Shown here one piece after another: positions 29,495 through 49,484 of a stretch of 64,000 nucleotides of DNA. Location: assembly GCF_009914755.1 (NCBI RefSeq), contig NC_060943.1, one strand, 5' to 3'. Below the pieces are notes generated by a model. It saw only the letters and a program-made list of their open reading frames with translations. It was not told where the DNA came from and made no database searches. Position numbers and translations under genes: made by a program. This stretch comes from the human T2T-CHM13v2.0 reference genome, Homo sapiens. Position 1 is the stretch's first letter. The number at the start of each line of letters is the position of its first letter.

Positions 29495-30966
29495 TAGCTG
29501 GGATTACAGGCAGGTGCCACCACGCCAAACTAATTTTGTATTTTTAGTACAGATGGGGTTTCACCTTGTTGATTAAGCTGGTCTCAAACTCCTGGACTAA
29601 AGCGGTCCACCCACCTCAGCCTCCCCAAGTGCTGGGATTACAGGCATGAGCCACCGCTCCCGGCCCTGGAGTAGCTTTTATGTGGCAACAGGAGTTAGAA
29701 ATCCTTCTGTCCTAAACAGCTCAGGCTCCCACAACATACTATATATTGTCTTTCTCTTAGTCTTTGCCCAGGCTCTCCCTGCTCCCTCTGTGGTTGCAGT
29801 TAGGGTTCATTCTTGGTCCAGGGTTAAGATTCGTTCCAAGGCCTGGAACAGCAGTCAGTCTGTACCTGTGGTCAGGACACAAACTGATAACTTTTACTTT
29901 CCTGGAATGTCTACTGATTCTGTGACATTGTCCGGCCCCTGCTCATTCAGGTGCTGGAAGAGAATGCAAACTATTGGAGCCTCTGGTTTAGGTTTCCTCA
30001 AGGTCATCTCAGCCATACCCCTGTCTCCTAGAGAAATTTCTCAAGAGATTAAGGGACTCATTCAACTTGGCACATACCTTGGTTGCCTTAGGTACTTCTT
30101 TATCTTCAAAATAAATTGTGCCAAAGTCCTAGATATCAGAATGTCAACAGGGAGAGGTTCCCACCCAGGCCTCCCGTTTCCGCTTGCACCTTGCACCTGT
30201 TGGGCAGATGACTTTGCGCGAGTCACTTCCTGACTCTGGCCCTAAAACTTCTTTTGTAAAACAAAGGGCATGGGTCAGAGGGTCTCTAATGGGGTCCCAA
30301 GATTAAAATTTCACAGTTCTGAGTGTCTAGAGTCTCCAGGCAGTGTGGTACCAGCTCTGGATTCAGAGAGACCCAGGTTTGAGCCCAAAGCCTGGGAGTT
30401 ACTGACTGGCTGGCCGTGGGAAAGTGACGGAACACTCCCAAGCCTCGGTTTCCTCACGTGTAAAATGGGAATTAACTAAGGCAATGCCTCTCAAACACTT
30501 GGCACAGCCCCTGGCATGGCATACAGTCCATGCCATTGCTGTTGAGTTTGTAATGATTATATATAATTAAGTCTGTGCTGACAATACGTAGCTACGTAGG
30601 ACCAAGCATCCAGCAGAACGCACAGTCCGAGACACTCTAGGTTGTGGTAGTAACTGCTGTAAAATAACTCCTTTATTATTGCACGTCAGAATAGGCAAGA
30701 GAGTGTAACACAGAAAACATCAGCTACTCTTCAGGGTGGTGACTGCTCCTTAGTCTAGGTATGTACACCTGGAAGGGTCCGTGAACATTTTCCATGGGAG
30801 AGATGGATACAGAGATAAGTTAAAGGAAATTGCCGGGCGTGGTGGCTCACATCTGTAATCCCAGCACTTTGGGAGGTCGAGGCGGGTGGATCATGAGGTC
30901 AGGAGTTCAAGAGACAGCCTGACTGAATTGGTGAAACCTTGTCTCTACTAAAAAATACAAAAATTA

Positions 30967-31074
<108 letters not shown>

Positions 31075-31080
31075 TCAAAA

Positions 31081-31111
<31 letters not shown>

Positions 31112-31198
31112 AGGAAATTAATGCCCAAATCCTCACCTTTCAATTGAACAGTTCCCCGAGGAGACCTGCCTGAAAATGCCCCAGTTGTATAGGAATGA

Positions 31199-31729
<531 letters not shown>

Positions 31730-32089
31730 TAGCTGGAATCACAGGTACGTGCCACCACACCTGGCTAATTTTTTTTTTTTTTTGTAAAGACAGTGTCTCA
31801 CTATGTTGCCCAGGCTGGTCTTGAACTCCTGGGCCCAAGTGATTCTCCTGCCTCAGCCTCCCAAAATGCTGGGGTTACTGGAGTGAGCCACCATGCCTGG
31901 CCCCACTTTTTACTCACTTTTTTGTTCATTTGTTTGTTCCCACTTAAAAAAAAAAATCCTACCTCTCTTCCATTTTCAGTACATGCTCTCAGTGCTGAAA
32001 TCCTCTGGTGACCAAATAGAGACATCTAGAACATTAATAGTGGTGTTAGGAGGAATTCAATTGACTGGGTAATAAATCCGCCTTCAAGT

Positions 32090-32325
32090 CTTTGCTTTTC
32101 AATGTTTTGCTTTCAATACTTTGCAGTCAACAAAACTAGAAGAGGACCTAGAGCAATTGCCAGCTGAGGAGTCATTCAACTATATTTTGAAGATAGGTGA
32201 CCATTGATTTTTGGCATATAGCTTAGAAGGAGTTAAAAGAATTAAGGGACATTGCTATACTGATATTCTTTGGATTCCCATCTATTTAATTATGTGAACA
32301 CATTTTCTCCAAGCTTGCATCACCA
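32090..32325 (+). mobile_element. Charlie/hAT transposase C-terminal (dimerisation domain) relic
   Basis: Translation [36 protein letters not shown] resembles the hAT-C motif FW...YPEL..IA...L.PFPSTYLCE..FS. Upstream reads STKLEEDLEQLPAE. Confidence 0.65.
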
Positions 32326-32678
32326 GGGGGGTAGACAATGAAAGTTTTTCTTTTTTTCTTTTTTTTTTTTTTGAGACGGAGTCTCGCTCTGTCGCCCAGG
32401 CTGGAGTGCGGTGGCGCGATCTCGGCTCACTGCAAGCTCCACCTCTCGGGGTTCACGCCATTCTCCTGCCTCAGCCTCCCGAGTAGCTGGGACTACAGGC
32501 GCCGGCCGCCACCACGCCCGGCTAATTTTTTTTGCATTTTTAGAGACGGGTTTCACCGTGTTAGCCAGGATGGTCTCCATCCGCCCGCCTCGGCCTCCCA
32601 AGGTGCTGGGATTACAGGCATGAGCCACCGCGACCGGCCGAAAATTTTTCAATAAAAATAAACTTAAAGAATACCAGC

Positions 32679-33083
32679 GCTTCCGCCACGGCTGCCATTG
32701 GAGAGCAGCAGCCATGGCTCTGCGCGACCCTGTGGCCGTGGGCCCCAAGGTGACCAAGGACGTGAGCAAGCCCAGGCACAGCTGCCGCCCCGGACGTCTG
32801 ACCAAACACACCAGGTTTGTGCGGGACATGATCCGGGAGGTGTGTAGCTTCGCCTCGTACAAGCGGCTCGCCATGGAGTTGCTGAAGGTCCCCAAGGACA
32901 AACGGTCCCTCAAGTTCATCAAGAAAAGGATGGGGACGCACATCCGCACCAAGAGGAAGCGGAAGGAGCTGAGCAAGGTGCTGGCCACCATGAGGAAAGC
33001 TGCTGCCTAGAAAGACTGAGCCCCCTCCCCTGCCCTCTCCCTGAAATAAAGAACAGCTTGACAGGAAGAAAAAAGAAAAAAAA
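32679..33083 (+). pseudogene. RPL36P16: Processed pseudogene of ribosomal protein L36 (ORF 32714-33010, 98 aa)
   Basis: Intronless copy with 5'UTR (cttccgccacgg...gcagcagccATG), [26 protein letters not shown]...MRKAAA, 3'UTR, AATAAA at 33045-33050, an A-tail and a flanking accagc repeat (32673-32678 and 33084-33089). The pseudogene number is from memory of its position. Confidence 0.9.
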
Positions 33084-33224
33084 ACCAGCAACAATTTTAT
33101 GTCAAAAGTTTGAAGATTAGTGAACACATTCCTTAGAAAAATAGGCCAGGTGCGGTGGCTCACTCCTGTAATCCCTGCACTTTGGGAGGCCGAGGTGGGC
33201 GGATCACCTAAGGTCAGGAGTTCA

Positions 33225-35225
<2,001 letters not shown>

Positions 35226-37430
35226 TAACCAGACATCGTTTTTAGAATTATACAATACAAATTCTGGTGGGGAGTTGGCTGAGAGCCCCTCCTCCAGCTT
35301 CCTGGTGGTGGCGGTGTTCCACCTCCTGGGTCCCCACCCTCAGTCTCCCTTGCTCTGCCTTCTCCCCCACCCCACCTCCACATGCTAGAAACCAGGTCCT
35401 CTTCTCACCCTCTCTCCCAGGTGAGCCTGGTCACTCACAGAGCTGCAGAATCTGCTGTCTGTCTGCCAAGGACTCCCAACTCTGTGTCCACAGCAAGGAT
35501 CTGTGCTAAACCACACTGGCCTTGCTGGGCCTCCAGCGCCATACACTCCCTCTTATGGCTTGTAACAGGTGTTTCCCCACCTGGAATGTTTGCTCTCCTC
35601 TCTCCTCCAAAGTCCTGCCCCTCCCTGAGGTGAGAAATCAGTTCCCCCACCTCCCCCACAGCCCCAGCACTCTGTGCTGAAATCATCATCAAAAACCCTG
35701 GTCTCCTCCAATCCCTCCTGCTACCCTCTCAGCCACCCAACATGCTATTCCCCCTGCAGGAACACTCTTCCCCATGATCTTTCTCGAGTCATTCTTCAGA
35801 TCCATGTATCCCCTCCTCCAGGAAGCCCTCCCTGATACCACTCTCCGGCCAGGGCAGGCACTTACTCTGGGCTCCCACAGGCCCCCTGGCCTCCCCCATC
35901 CCAGCCCCGACCACTCTGGGCAGTCAAGGTCTGGTGACTAACCTGCCTCCTCAACTGGACTGTGGGCCCCATGGGGGTAGGGCTGTCTCTGTCTCTACTG
36001 CCTCCCCAGCATCACCCAGTCAGGCCTGGATGCAGGCCTGGCATCAACTCTGCATAAAGGAGCGGAGGTCAGGAGTTCCCTGGGGCCTCAGTGCCTGGCA
36101 CTGGTGGAGGGGCTTTCTGCATGCCACACTCTGGATCTTCTCCAGCTACTCCTTATTCTGGAAGCTGCAGCATGTTGAAATAAAAACTGGAACTAAATGG
36201 AGATGGAATGGACTTCACATTTGGACACATGGGTGTGTAAAGAGGAACGTGACTTCTCCAAAGTAACGCATAGAGGCCGGGCGCAGTGGCTCACGCATGT
36301 AATCCCAGCACTTTGGGAGGCCGAGGCAGGCAGATCATTTGAGGTCAGGAGTTCGAGACCAGCCTGGCCAACATGGTGAAACGCCATCTCCACTATAAAT
36401 ACACAAATTAGCTGGGCATAGTGGCACATGCCTGTAATCCCAGCTACTCCGGAGGCTGAGGCTGAAGAATCACTTGAACCCAGGAAGCAGAGGTTGCATT
36501 GAACCAAAATCGCACCACTGCACTCCAACCTGGGTGACAGAGCGAGACTCCGTCTCAAAAAAAAAAAAAAAAAAAGTAACACACTAACCTCCTGACCCAC
36601 CCAGAGTGGGTCTTACCTTCTAGAAAGATAGAAAAGAATAGAACCAGGCCAGGCTGACTCTGGCAGCTTTAGAACAATAGTAATGGCAGGAGTGGCCGGC
36701 GATGGACAGCTGGGGGTGGGACTGAAATAGACAGCAGCCAGGGAATAGTGGGTTGAAGGGAGAAAGGGAGTTATTTTTCTGTAGTCTTTGAAATTTTATT
36801 TTTCTCTTTCCTTTTTTGGAGACAAGGTCCTGCTCTTTTGCCCAGGCTGGAGGGCCATGGCGCGATCATGGCTCACTGCAGCCTCGAACTTGAGCGATCC
36901 TCCCTCCTCAGCCTCCCAAGTAGGTGGAACTTCAGGCGTCTGCCACCACACCCAGCTAATTTTTAAATTTTTTAAATTTTTTCTAGAGATGGGGGCCTTG
37001 CTATGTTGCCCAGGCTGGTCTCGAACTCCTGAGCTCCAGCGATCCTCCCACCTTGGCCTCCGAAAGGCCTGAGCCACCGTACCCGGCTGAAATTTGTAAT
37101 CAACCCATAATCATCTATTACTTATGTAACTGAATTCCTATGAAAAGCATAATAAAGTGGAGATCATAAAGGTGCCGACTTCGGGCTGTTGTAAGATTTC
37201 GGTGCCACACCTAGCACAGAAAAAGCATGGAGAGCAGAAGGGCAGTGAACGCCAGCTGGCACACGTTGGCTACGTGCAAGTATTCGCCTAAACGCTGCGC
37301 AGGTATTCATCATATGATCCCCATAAACCTCTGAGGGCTGCATTCACATGTCATCCCCGATCTGCTGATGAGAAGTTCAGTTATAGGCCCAAGGTCACAT
37401 ATCCCGAGCCAGCGTAAAAGTGGAATCCAG

Positions 37431-37616
37431 GGAGGAGGAGGAGGAGGAGGAGCAGGAGGAGGAGGAGGAGGAGGAGGAGGAGGAGGAGGAGGAGGAGGAG
37501 GAGGAGGAGGAGGAGGAGGAGGAGGAGGAGGAGGAGGAGGAGGAGGAGGAGGAGGAGGAGGAGAAGAAGAAGAAGAAGAAGAAGAAGAAGAAGAAGAAGA
37601 AGAAGAAGAAGAAGAA
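37431..37616 (+). repeat. Compound trinucleotide repeat (GGA)~44, with one GCA interruption, followed by (GAA)18
   Basis: Counted directly: GGA units at 37431-37562 and GAA units at 37563-37616. Confidence 0.97.
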
Positions 37617-39495
37617 GAGGAGAAAGGATTACTGTCCGTCTCTCTCTGGTTCTCTGCACACCCCTCACCTCCAGGGTTTTCAGTCTGTCTCTGGACCATT
37701 CTCCTTCTCTCCCCCTGCCCCATTCTCCAAAAGCCCAATGGGGTGACTTGCAGGCTGGGGGCACCCCCTGGTGCCTGTGTGCCGAGTGCAGAAAGTCAGG
37801 GCGGTACAGGGTGGAGGCAGGTGAGAGTGTGGGGGTGGTTTGGGTCCCACCGAGATATGGAAAGGTGGGTATCAGAGTAGAGTGCACTCATTCATTTCTT
37901 CATCATCACAGCCCAGAGGGTCCACTCTGTTCTGGGAGTGTTGGGGGGTAGGAGTGGAGCAAAACAATGCCCCCAGACGAAGAGAGCAGTGGGAGAAGGA
38001 GAGAAGGAGCATCCCAGAGCCATAGACACTTAGGGGCTGTGTGACTCTGGGCAGGTGACCTAGGGTCCTTGAACCTCAGTTTCCTCATCTGAAGATGGAG
38101 ATGATATGTTAGTATCTCCCTCAGAGTATTAATGGATGCTAGGTACAGTTATAAGCTTCATTTACAGATGAGGAAAACTGAGGTTGGACAACTTGGCCAG
38201 TCACATAAAAGACGCAGTGGGGTGCTCCCTCAGCACCACTCTCCGGCTAAGAATTCTGGCTGCAGAGGAGGATGGACTCCAGGAGAAAGAACAGGCCGCC
38301 ATTCCCATGGTTCAGCATGGACATCGGTGGAATGCTGTTAAATTGGTCTGTTTTGAGGCCGGGAGCGGCGGCTCACGCCTGTAATCCCAGCACTTTGGGA
38401 GGCCGAGGCAAATGGATCACCTGAGGTCAGGAGTTCGAGACAAGCTTGACCAACATGACGAAACCCCGTCTCTACTAAAAATACAAAAGTTAGCTGGGTG
38501 TGGTGGTGCGCACCTGTAATCCTAGCTACTCAGGAGGCTGAAGCAGGAGAATCACTTGAACCCAGGAGGCGGAGGTTGCAGTGAGCCAAGATCGCACCAT
38601 TGCACTCCAGCCTGGGCGACAGAGCAAGACTCTGTCTCAAAAAACAAAAAAGGAAGGAAAAGAAAGAGGCAGTGGTGTTAGCAGGGCAATGAGTTGAATT
38701 CCAGTAACTCCGGTTCCCCTGGGTTTCCAACCCCCAGACCTCAAGCTTGGGCCTCCACACTCCTCTCCATCCCATCCCCCAAACATGTTCCTGCTAAACT
38801 GTTAAGCTCCAGTTCCTGCCTATCCCACCACTTACCCACCACCCCTCTTCTACTCCCCCTGTCTCCACTAACCTGCCGATCCACATATTTTCAACAGCCA
38901 AGATCGCTCTCGACCTGTGAGCAAGAAGCCAGTTGTTGAGACAGGTACACTTTCATCCCGTTTAATGACTGTGTCTTCCTCATCTCATGGCAGTGTGAGG
39001 CACGGGCACACAGGCCTAGGGAAGGCAGACAAGCCCTGTCCCTGCACTCGCCCCACTTTGGGCTAGGAGAGGAAACCAGCTCAGACAAATAATCTCAGAT
39101 GCCCGCTGTTTCAAGATCCTCTGGCTGCAGAGGGGAGGGTGGAGGGGAGCGGAACCTGGAGGCCTGGGGCTCTGAGAGGAGAATGGGTGGGGCCTAGATG
39201 GGAGGGGAAAGAGCCAGAATAGAATGTGTGGAGGGCAGAAGCGGGCAGATCAAAGCCAAATGCTAGAGGCAGAAGAAAACAGAACCCCATGACTCAGGCG
39301 TTTGAAATGAGGAAATTCTCAACCCAGATAGATGCAGAACTGATTCTAAGAGGAAAAGATTAGAAACAACCTAGAGATCTGATCAGATGGGAAATTAAAT
39401 GGATGGAGAGGTGTGCCAAAGCCTTCTCTGAAACACCTCCCAGGCATTAAAATTAGTGATCCAGAGCCAGCTGTATGGATATGAATGAATCTTAA

Positions 39496-39864
<369 letters not shown>

Positions 39865-40270
39865 TAAAGTTTTTAAGCCTGCAAAAGAATGTTTTCCCAG
39901 GCCAGGCACGGTGGCTGACACCTGTAATCCTAGCACTTTGGGAGGCCGAAGCAGGCAGATCACTTGAGGTAATAGAGTTCAAGACCAGCCTGGCCAACAT
40001 GGTGAAACCCTGTCTCTACTAAAAATACAAAAATTAGCCAGGCTTGGTGGTGGGTGCCTGTAGTCCTAGCTACTCAGGAGGCTGAAGCAGGAGAATCGTT
40101 TGAACCTGGGAGGCAGAGGTTGCAGTGAGCCGAGATCTTGCCACTGCACTTCAGTCTGGACAACAGAGTGGAACTCCATCTCAAAAAAAAAAAAAAATCC
40201 ACTTGTTCTCTGGGTGCAGTGGCTAATGCTTGTAATCCCAGCACTTTGGGAGGCCTAGGTGGGCAGATCA

Positions 40271-40579
<309 letters not shown>

Positions 40580-40664
40580 TTAATTATAAGATAGTGCCTC
40601 CCGCTGGGCTCAGTGGCTCATGCCTGTAATCCCAGCACTTTGGGAGGCTGAGGTGGGCAGATCA

Positions 40665-40964
<300 letters not shown>

Positions 40965-41096
40965 TCATGAGTATTTTATTTCTCTAAATAAATAATGGTA
41001 AAAATGTTAAGATATTGTAAAGATAGGTGTGTATGTATAATCGTGGTAATTCCTCTAATCCTTTCTCCATGTCTGTATTTGAAATAATTATTTTCA

Positions 41097-41633
<537 letters not shown>

Positions 41634-42023
41634 TTATTATTATTTTTAAAATAACATATATTTTGGAGGCTGGGCACAGTGGCTCACGCCTGTAATCCCA
41701 ACATTTTGAGGGGCCAAGGAGGGAAGATGGCTTGAGCCAGAAGTTCAAGACAACCCTGGGCAATATAGTGAGACCTCATCTCTACAAAACATTTAAAAGT
41801 TGGCCAAGTATGGTGGCATGCACCCGTAGTCCCAGCTATCTACAAGGCTGAGATGGGAGGGTCACATGACCCGGGAAGGTGGAGGGTGTAATGACCCCAC
41901 CAAAACACTGTACTCCAGCCTGGGCAACGGTTCGAAATCCTGTCTCAAAAACGTATACTTGGTTGAGCACGGTGGCTCACGCCTGTAATCCCAGCACTTT
42001 GGGAGGCCGAGGCGGGCGGATCA

Positions 42024-42436
<413 letters not shown>

Positions 42437-42634
42437 TTATTTTTTTCTTCTTGCACCCTCACCCAGCTACGAAGAGTAGTACTTAGAAAAGAACTTTTAG
42501 GCCTGGTGCAGTGGCTTACGCCTGTAATCCCAGCACTTTGGGAGGCCAAGGTGGGTGGATCACTTGAGGCCAGGAGTTCGAGACTAGCCTGGCCAACATG
42601 GTGAAACCCCAATTCTATTAAGAATAAAAAAAAT

Positions 42635-44974
<2,340 letters not shown>

Positions 44975-46930
44975 TTATTTATTTGAGCCAAGCTTGAGGG
45001 TTGCAAATCAGAAGTATAGATTCAAATTGCCCTGAATATGCACTCTGATTTAGCAGTACTTGCAAGTTGGATTTATTTTATTTTATTTTATTTTATTTTT
45101 TGGTCTGAGACAGGGTCTCACCGTGTCACCCAGGCTGGAGGGTAGCAACAAGATCATAGCTCACCACAGTCTTGAACTCCTGGGATTAAATGATCCTCTT
45201 GCCTCAGCCTACCAGTGGATTTTTTTTCTTTTTTGAGACGGAGTCTCACTCTCTTGCCTGGGCTGGAGTGCAATGGCGCGATCTCAGCTGATGCACCTCT
45301 GCCTCCCAGTTTCAAGCAATCCTCCTGCCTCAGCCTCCCAAGTAGCTGGGATTGCAGACGTGCACCACCATCCCTGGCTAGTTTTTGAATTTTTATTTTA
45401 ATCTTTTTTTTTTTTTTAGTTTTTCTTAGTTTTTGTATTTTTAGTAGAGGCGTGGTTTCTCCATGTCTGCCAGGCTGGTCTCGAACTTCTGACCTCAGGT
45501 GATCTGCCCACCATGGCCTCCCACAGTGCTGGGATTACAGGCATGAGCCACTGTGCCCAGCGAACAAGTGGATTTTTAAAGGTAAAAAAAGGGGGACAGG
45601 GAGTGGGACTGACACAAGTGGATCGCTTGAGCCCAAGAGTTTAAGACCAGACTGGGCAACATGGCGAAACCTCATCTCTACAAAAAAAAGTACAAAAATT
45701 AGGCAGGCATGGTGGTGCATGCCTGTGATTCCACCTACTCAGGAGGCTGAGGTGGGAGAATCACCTGGGCCTGGGAGGTCGAGGCTGCAGTGAGCCATGA
45801 ACCTGCCACTGCACTCCAGTCTGGGCTATGGGGTGAGACCCTGTCTCAAAAAAACTCAATAACCACCCCCGCTAAAAAAAAAAAAAAAAAAAAATGCTTG
45901 TCAGGAATTCTTATTGGTTTACAAAAATAACATAACTCTCAGGAGTTTGAGACCAGCCTGGCCAATAAGGTGCGCGCCACCACGCCCAGCTAATTTTTGT
46001 ATGTTTAGTGGAGATGGGTTTTCTCCATGTTGGCCAGGCAGGTCTCAAACTCCTGACCTCAGGTGATCTGCCCGCCCCGGCCTCCCAAAGTGCTGGGATT
46101 ACAGGCATGAGCCACTGCACCCACCCCTTGACTTCTTTCTTTTAGGTCCACAGTACATAGAACATGTCAGGAAAAGAAAGGATGGGGTGAGGTGATGGGG
46201 TGAGGATGTAGGATAATGGGACAGGATGAGCAGTGGGATGAGGGGATGGAATGAAGGACTGGATAAGGGATAGGTGGGGGTAAATGAGAGCATGGGGGAG
46301 GCAGTGCTCTCCTGATGGTGGGGTGCACGAGTGGATGGATGACAGGATAAATAGGGAAGGGAGGAGGGATAGGATGACGAGACGGCTGTAGAAGCCCAGA
46401 GCAGAGAACATTGCTGCTTTGGGGTCGATGATGTAATCACCTCAACTCACTGACACTATTCCCAGCCACGGATGATGCTCACAGAATCTGGGGAAGTCCA
46501 AGGCCTGGAAGCAGGACTCATCTTGGACTTCCCCTTCTATCTAGTTCCAGGTGCTGAATGAGGCACCTCTGAAGAAGAGAAAGGAGAGAGACTAAGATAA
46601 ACAAGACTGAGAGGAAAAAATCAGAGTGGGCAGGCAGAGTGAGCCTGGTAAAGTGGACCACAGAGCAGACAGGCTGTGGCTTAGCCTTGGACAGCAGGTG
46701 GGGTTCCAGAGCCATATGCTTGGAGGAGCCTTAGCAAACTAAATCCCCCAGCAGTTTCTTAAACCCATCCATCACACAGCTTGCCAGAACCCTGGGGTTG
46801 GCAGCTTCCAGAATGGTTAGGAAAATCCACAGTAGTGGTCAGGCGCGGTGGCTCATGCCTGTAATCCCAGCACTTAGGGAAGCCAAGGCAGGCGGATCAC
46901 TAGGTCAGGAGATCGAAACCATACTGGTTA

Positions 46931-47203
<273 letters not shown>

Positions 47204-48075
47204 TCAGAGGGTTTCTGATGGGAAGTAGCTGGGGTCAGGGCAAGGAGTGGTGGAAAAAGTCAGGCTGTTTTCAGCTGAACTATACAAATGGGCATCTCCT
47301 GGCCCAGGGTGGGGATTTGGCATTGCAGAAAGGCCAGAATCCACCTGGAATCACTCAGTTACTGTGAAATCTATCTTGGGAACCTAAGAATGTTTGCTTT
47401 CTAGACTTGAGAATTTTGGACACTTGATTGCTTTCTGGATGAATTTTAGAGATTTATAAATTGTATTGAAAGTGTTTATTCGACAAGATGTTTATTGAGC
47501 ATCCACAGTGTGTTAGGCACTGGGGATACAGCAACACACAAAACAGACAGAGAATCGGCCCTTATGGAGAGACCATTTCAGTGGGAAAAGGGAGTATAAA
47601 AAAGCAAATCAAGGTCGGGAGCAGTGGCTCCCACCAGTAATCCCAGAACTTTGGGAGGCCGAGGCAGGTGGATCGCTTGAGCCCTGGGCAACATAGCTAA
47701 ACCCTGTCTCTACAAAAAATTAGCCAGGCATGGAGCGCGTACCTGTAGTCCCAGCTACTCAGGAGGTCGAGGCAGGAGGATCGCTGACATCTGTGAGGCA
47801 GAGGCTTCAGTGAGCAGAGATCACACTACTGCACTCCAGCTTAGGCAACAGAGCAAAACTCTGTCTTTAAAAAAAAAAAAAAGTAGGCCGGGCAGGGCCG
47901 GGCCCAGTGGCTCATGCCTGTAATACCAGAACTTTGGGAGGCCAAGGTGGGTGGATCACTTGAGTGAGGTCAGAAGTTCAAGACCAGCCTGGCCAACATG
48001 GTGAAACCCTGTCTCTACTAAAAATACAAAAATTAGCTAGGCATGGTGTCACATGCCTGTAGTCCCAGCTACTCA

Positions 48076-48180
<105 letters not shown>

Positions 48181-48940
48181 TCAAAAAAGAAAGTGAATCA
48201 ATATATAAAATATAAAAAGACAAAAAATAATACACGTTGGCAATGATGTGGAGGAAAGGAAACATACCCTGTTGGTGAGAATGTAAATTAGTCCAGCCAC
48301 TATGAGAAACAGTATGGAAATTTCTCAAAAAACTATCATAAGGGCTGGGTGCGGTGGCTCACGCCTGTAATCCCAGCACTTTGGGAGGCCGAGGTGGGTG
48401 GATCACAAGGTCAGGAGATCCAGACCATCCTGGCTAACACGGTGAAACCCCGTCTCTACTAAAAATACAAAAAAAAAAAAAAATTAGCTGGCCATGGCGG
48501 CGGGCACCTGTAGTCCCAGCTACTCAGAAGGCTGAGGCAGGAGAATGGCGTGAACCCAGGAGGCGAAGCTTGCAGTGAGCCGAGATGGCACCACTGCACT
48601 CCAGCATGGGCGACAGAGCAAGACTCCATCTCAAAAAACAAACAAAAAACAATCATATGATCCAGCAATCCCACTACTGGGAATTTATGGAAAGGAAAAG
48701 AAATCAGTGTATCAAAGGGATAGCTACACAGCAATGTTTATTACAGCACTATTCACAATAGCAAAGATATGGAATCAACCTAAATGTCCATCAACAGATG
48801 AATGGATAAAGAATATGTGGTACATCTACACAATGGAAAACTATTTGGCCGTTAGAAAAAGAATAAAATCCTGTCATTTGCAGCAACATGTGAAACTGTC
48901 TGTCCCTACAGGGTTGACAAGAACTGCAAGCCAGGTTCTA

Positions 48941-49144
<204 letters not shown>

Positions 49145-49484
49145 CTAGGCAGAATTGCTTGAACCCGGGAGGCAGAGGTTGCAGTGAGCCGAGATCATGC
49201 CATTGCACTCCCAGCTTGGGTGACAGAGTGAGACTCAAAAAAAAAAAAAAAAAGAAAAAGAAAGAAAGAAAGAAAATTAAGCATTAATCATGCTGCACTT
49301 TGGTCCACTTCCTTGTTGCTGAAAGCCACATAGCTCTAGATGCTGACCATTTGTATCCCCATTGTTCTTATAGACAGCATCGCTGACCTTAGAATCATGA
49401 TGTTTTTGTTAAGGATCACGTCAGATGTTTTTTGGACCCCCAATTCCAGCCACCAGTTTGAAGACCCCTACAGAGGATGGGGAT

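Noticed and set aside
29646-30233. 195-aa ORF
   Set aside because: It starts in an Alu end, has no recognisable domain, and shows no supporting promoter or splice structure.
32320-32335. CACCAGGGGGGTAG CTCF-like string
   Set aside because: It lacks the GGCGC/GGCAG end of the motif and lies at the edge of a transposon relic, so it is weak.
37310-37887. Poly-Gly/Glu/Lys/Leu/Pro/Ser ORFs
   Set aside because: Artefacts of the (GGA)n(GAA)n repeat.
46450-46570. Two possible minus-strand micro-exons
   Set aside because: The first donor is ATGAGT rather than GT, and the implied intron is only ~35 nt. The inverted repeat explains the pattern better.
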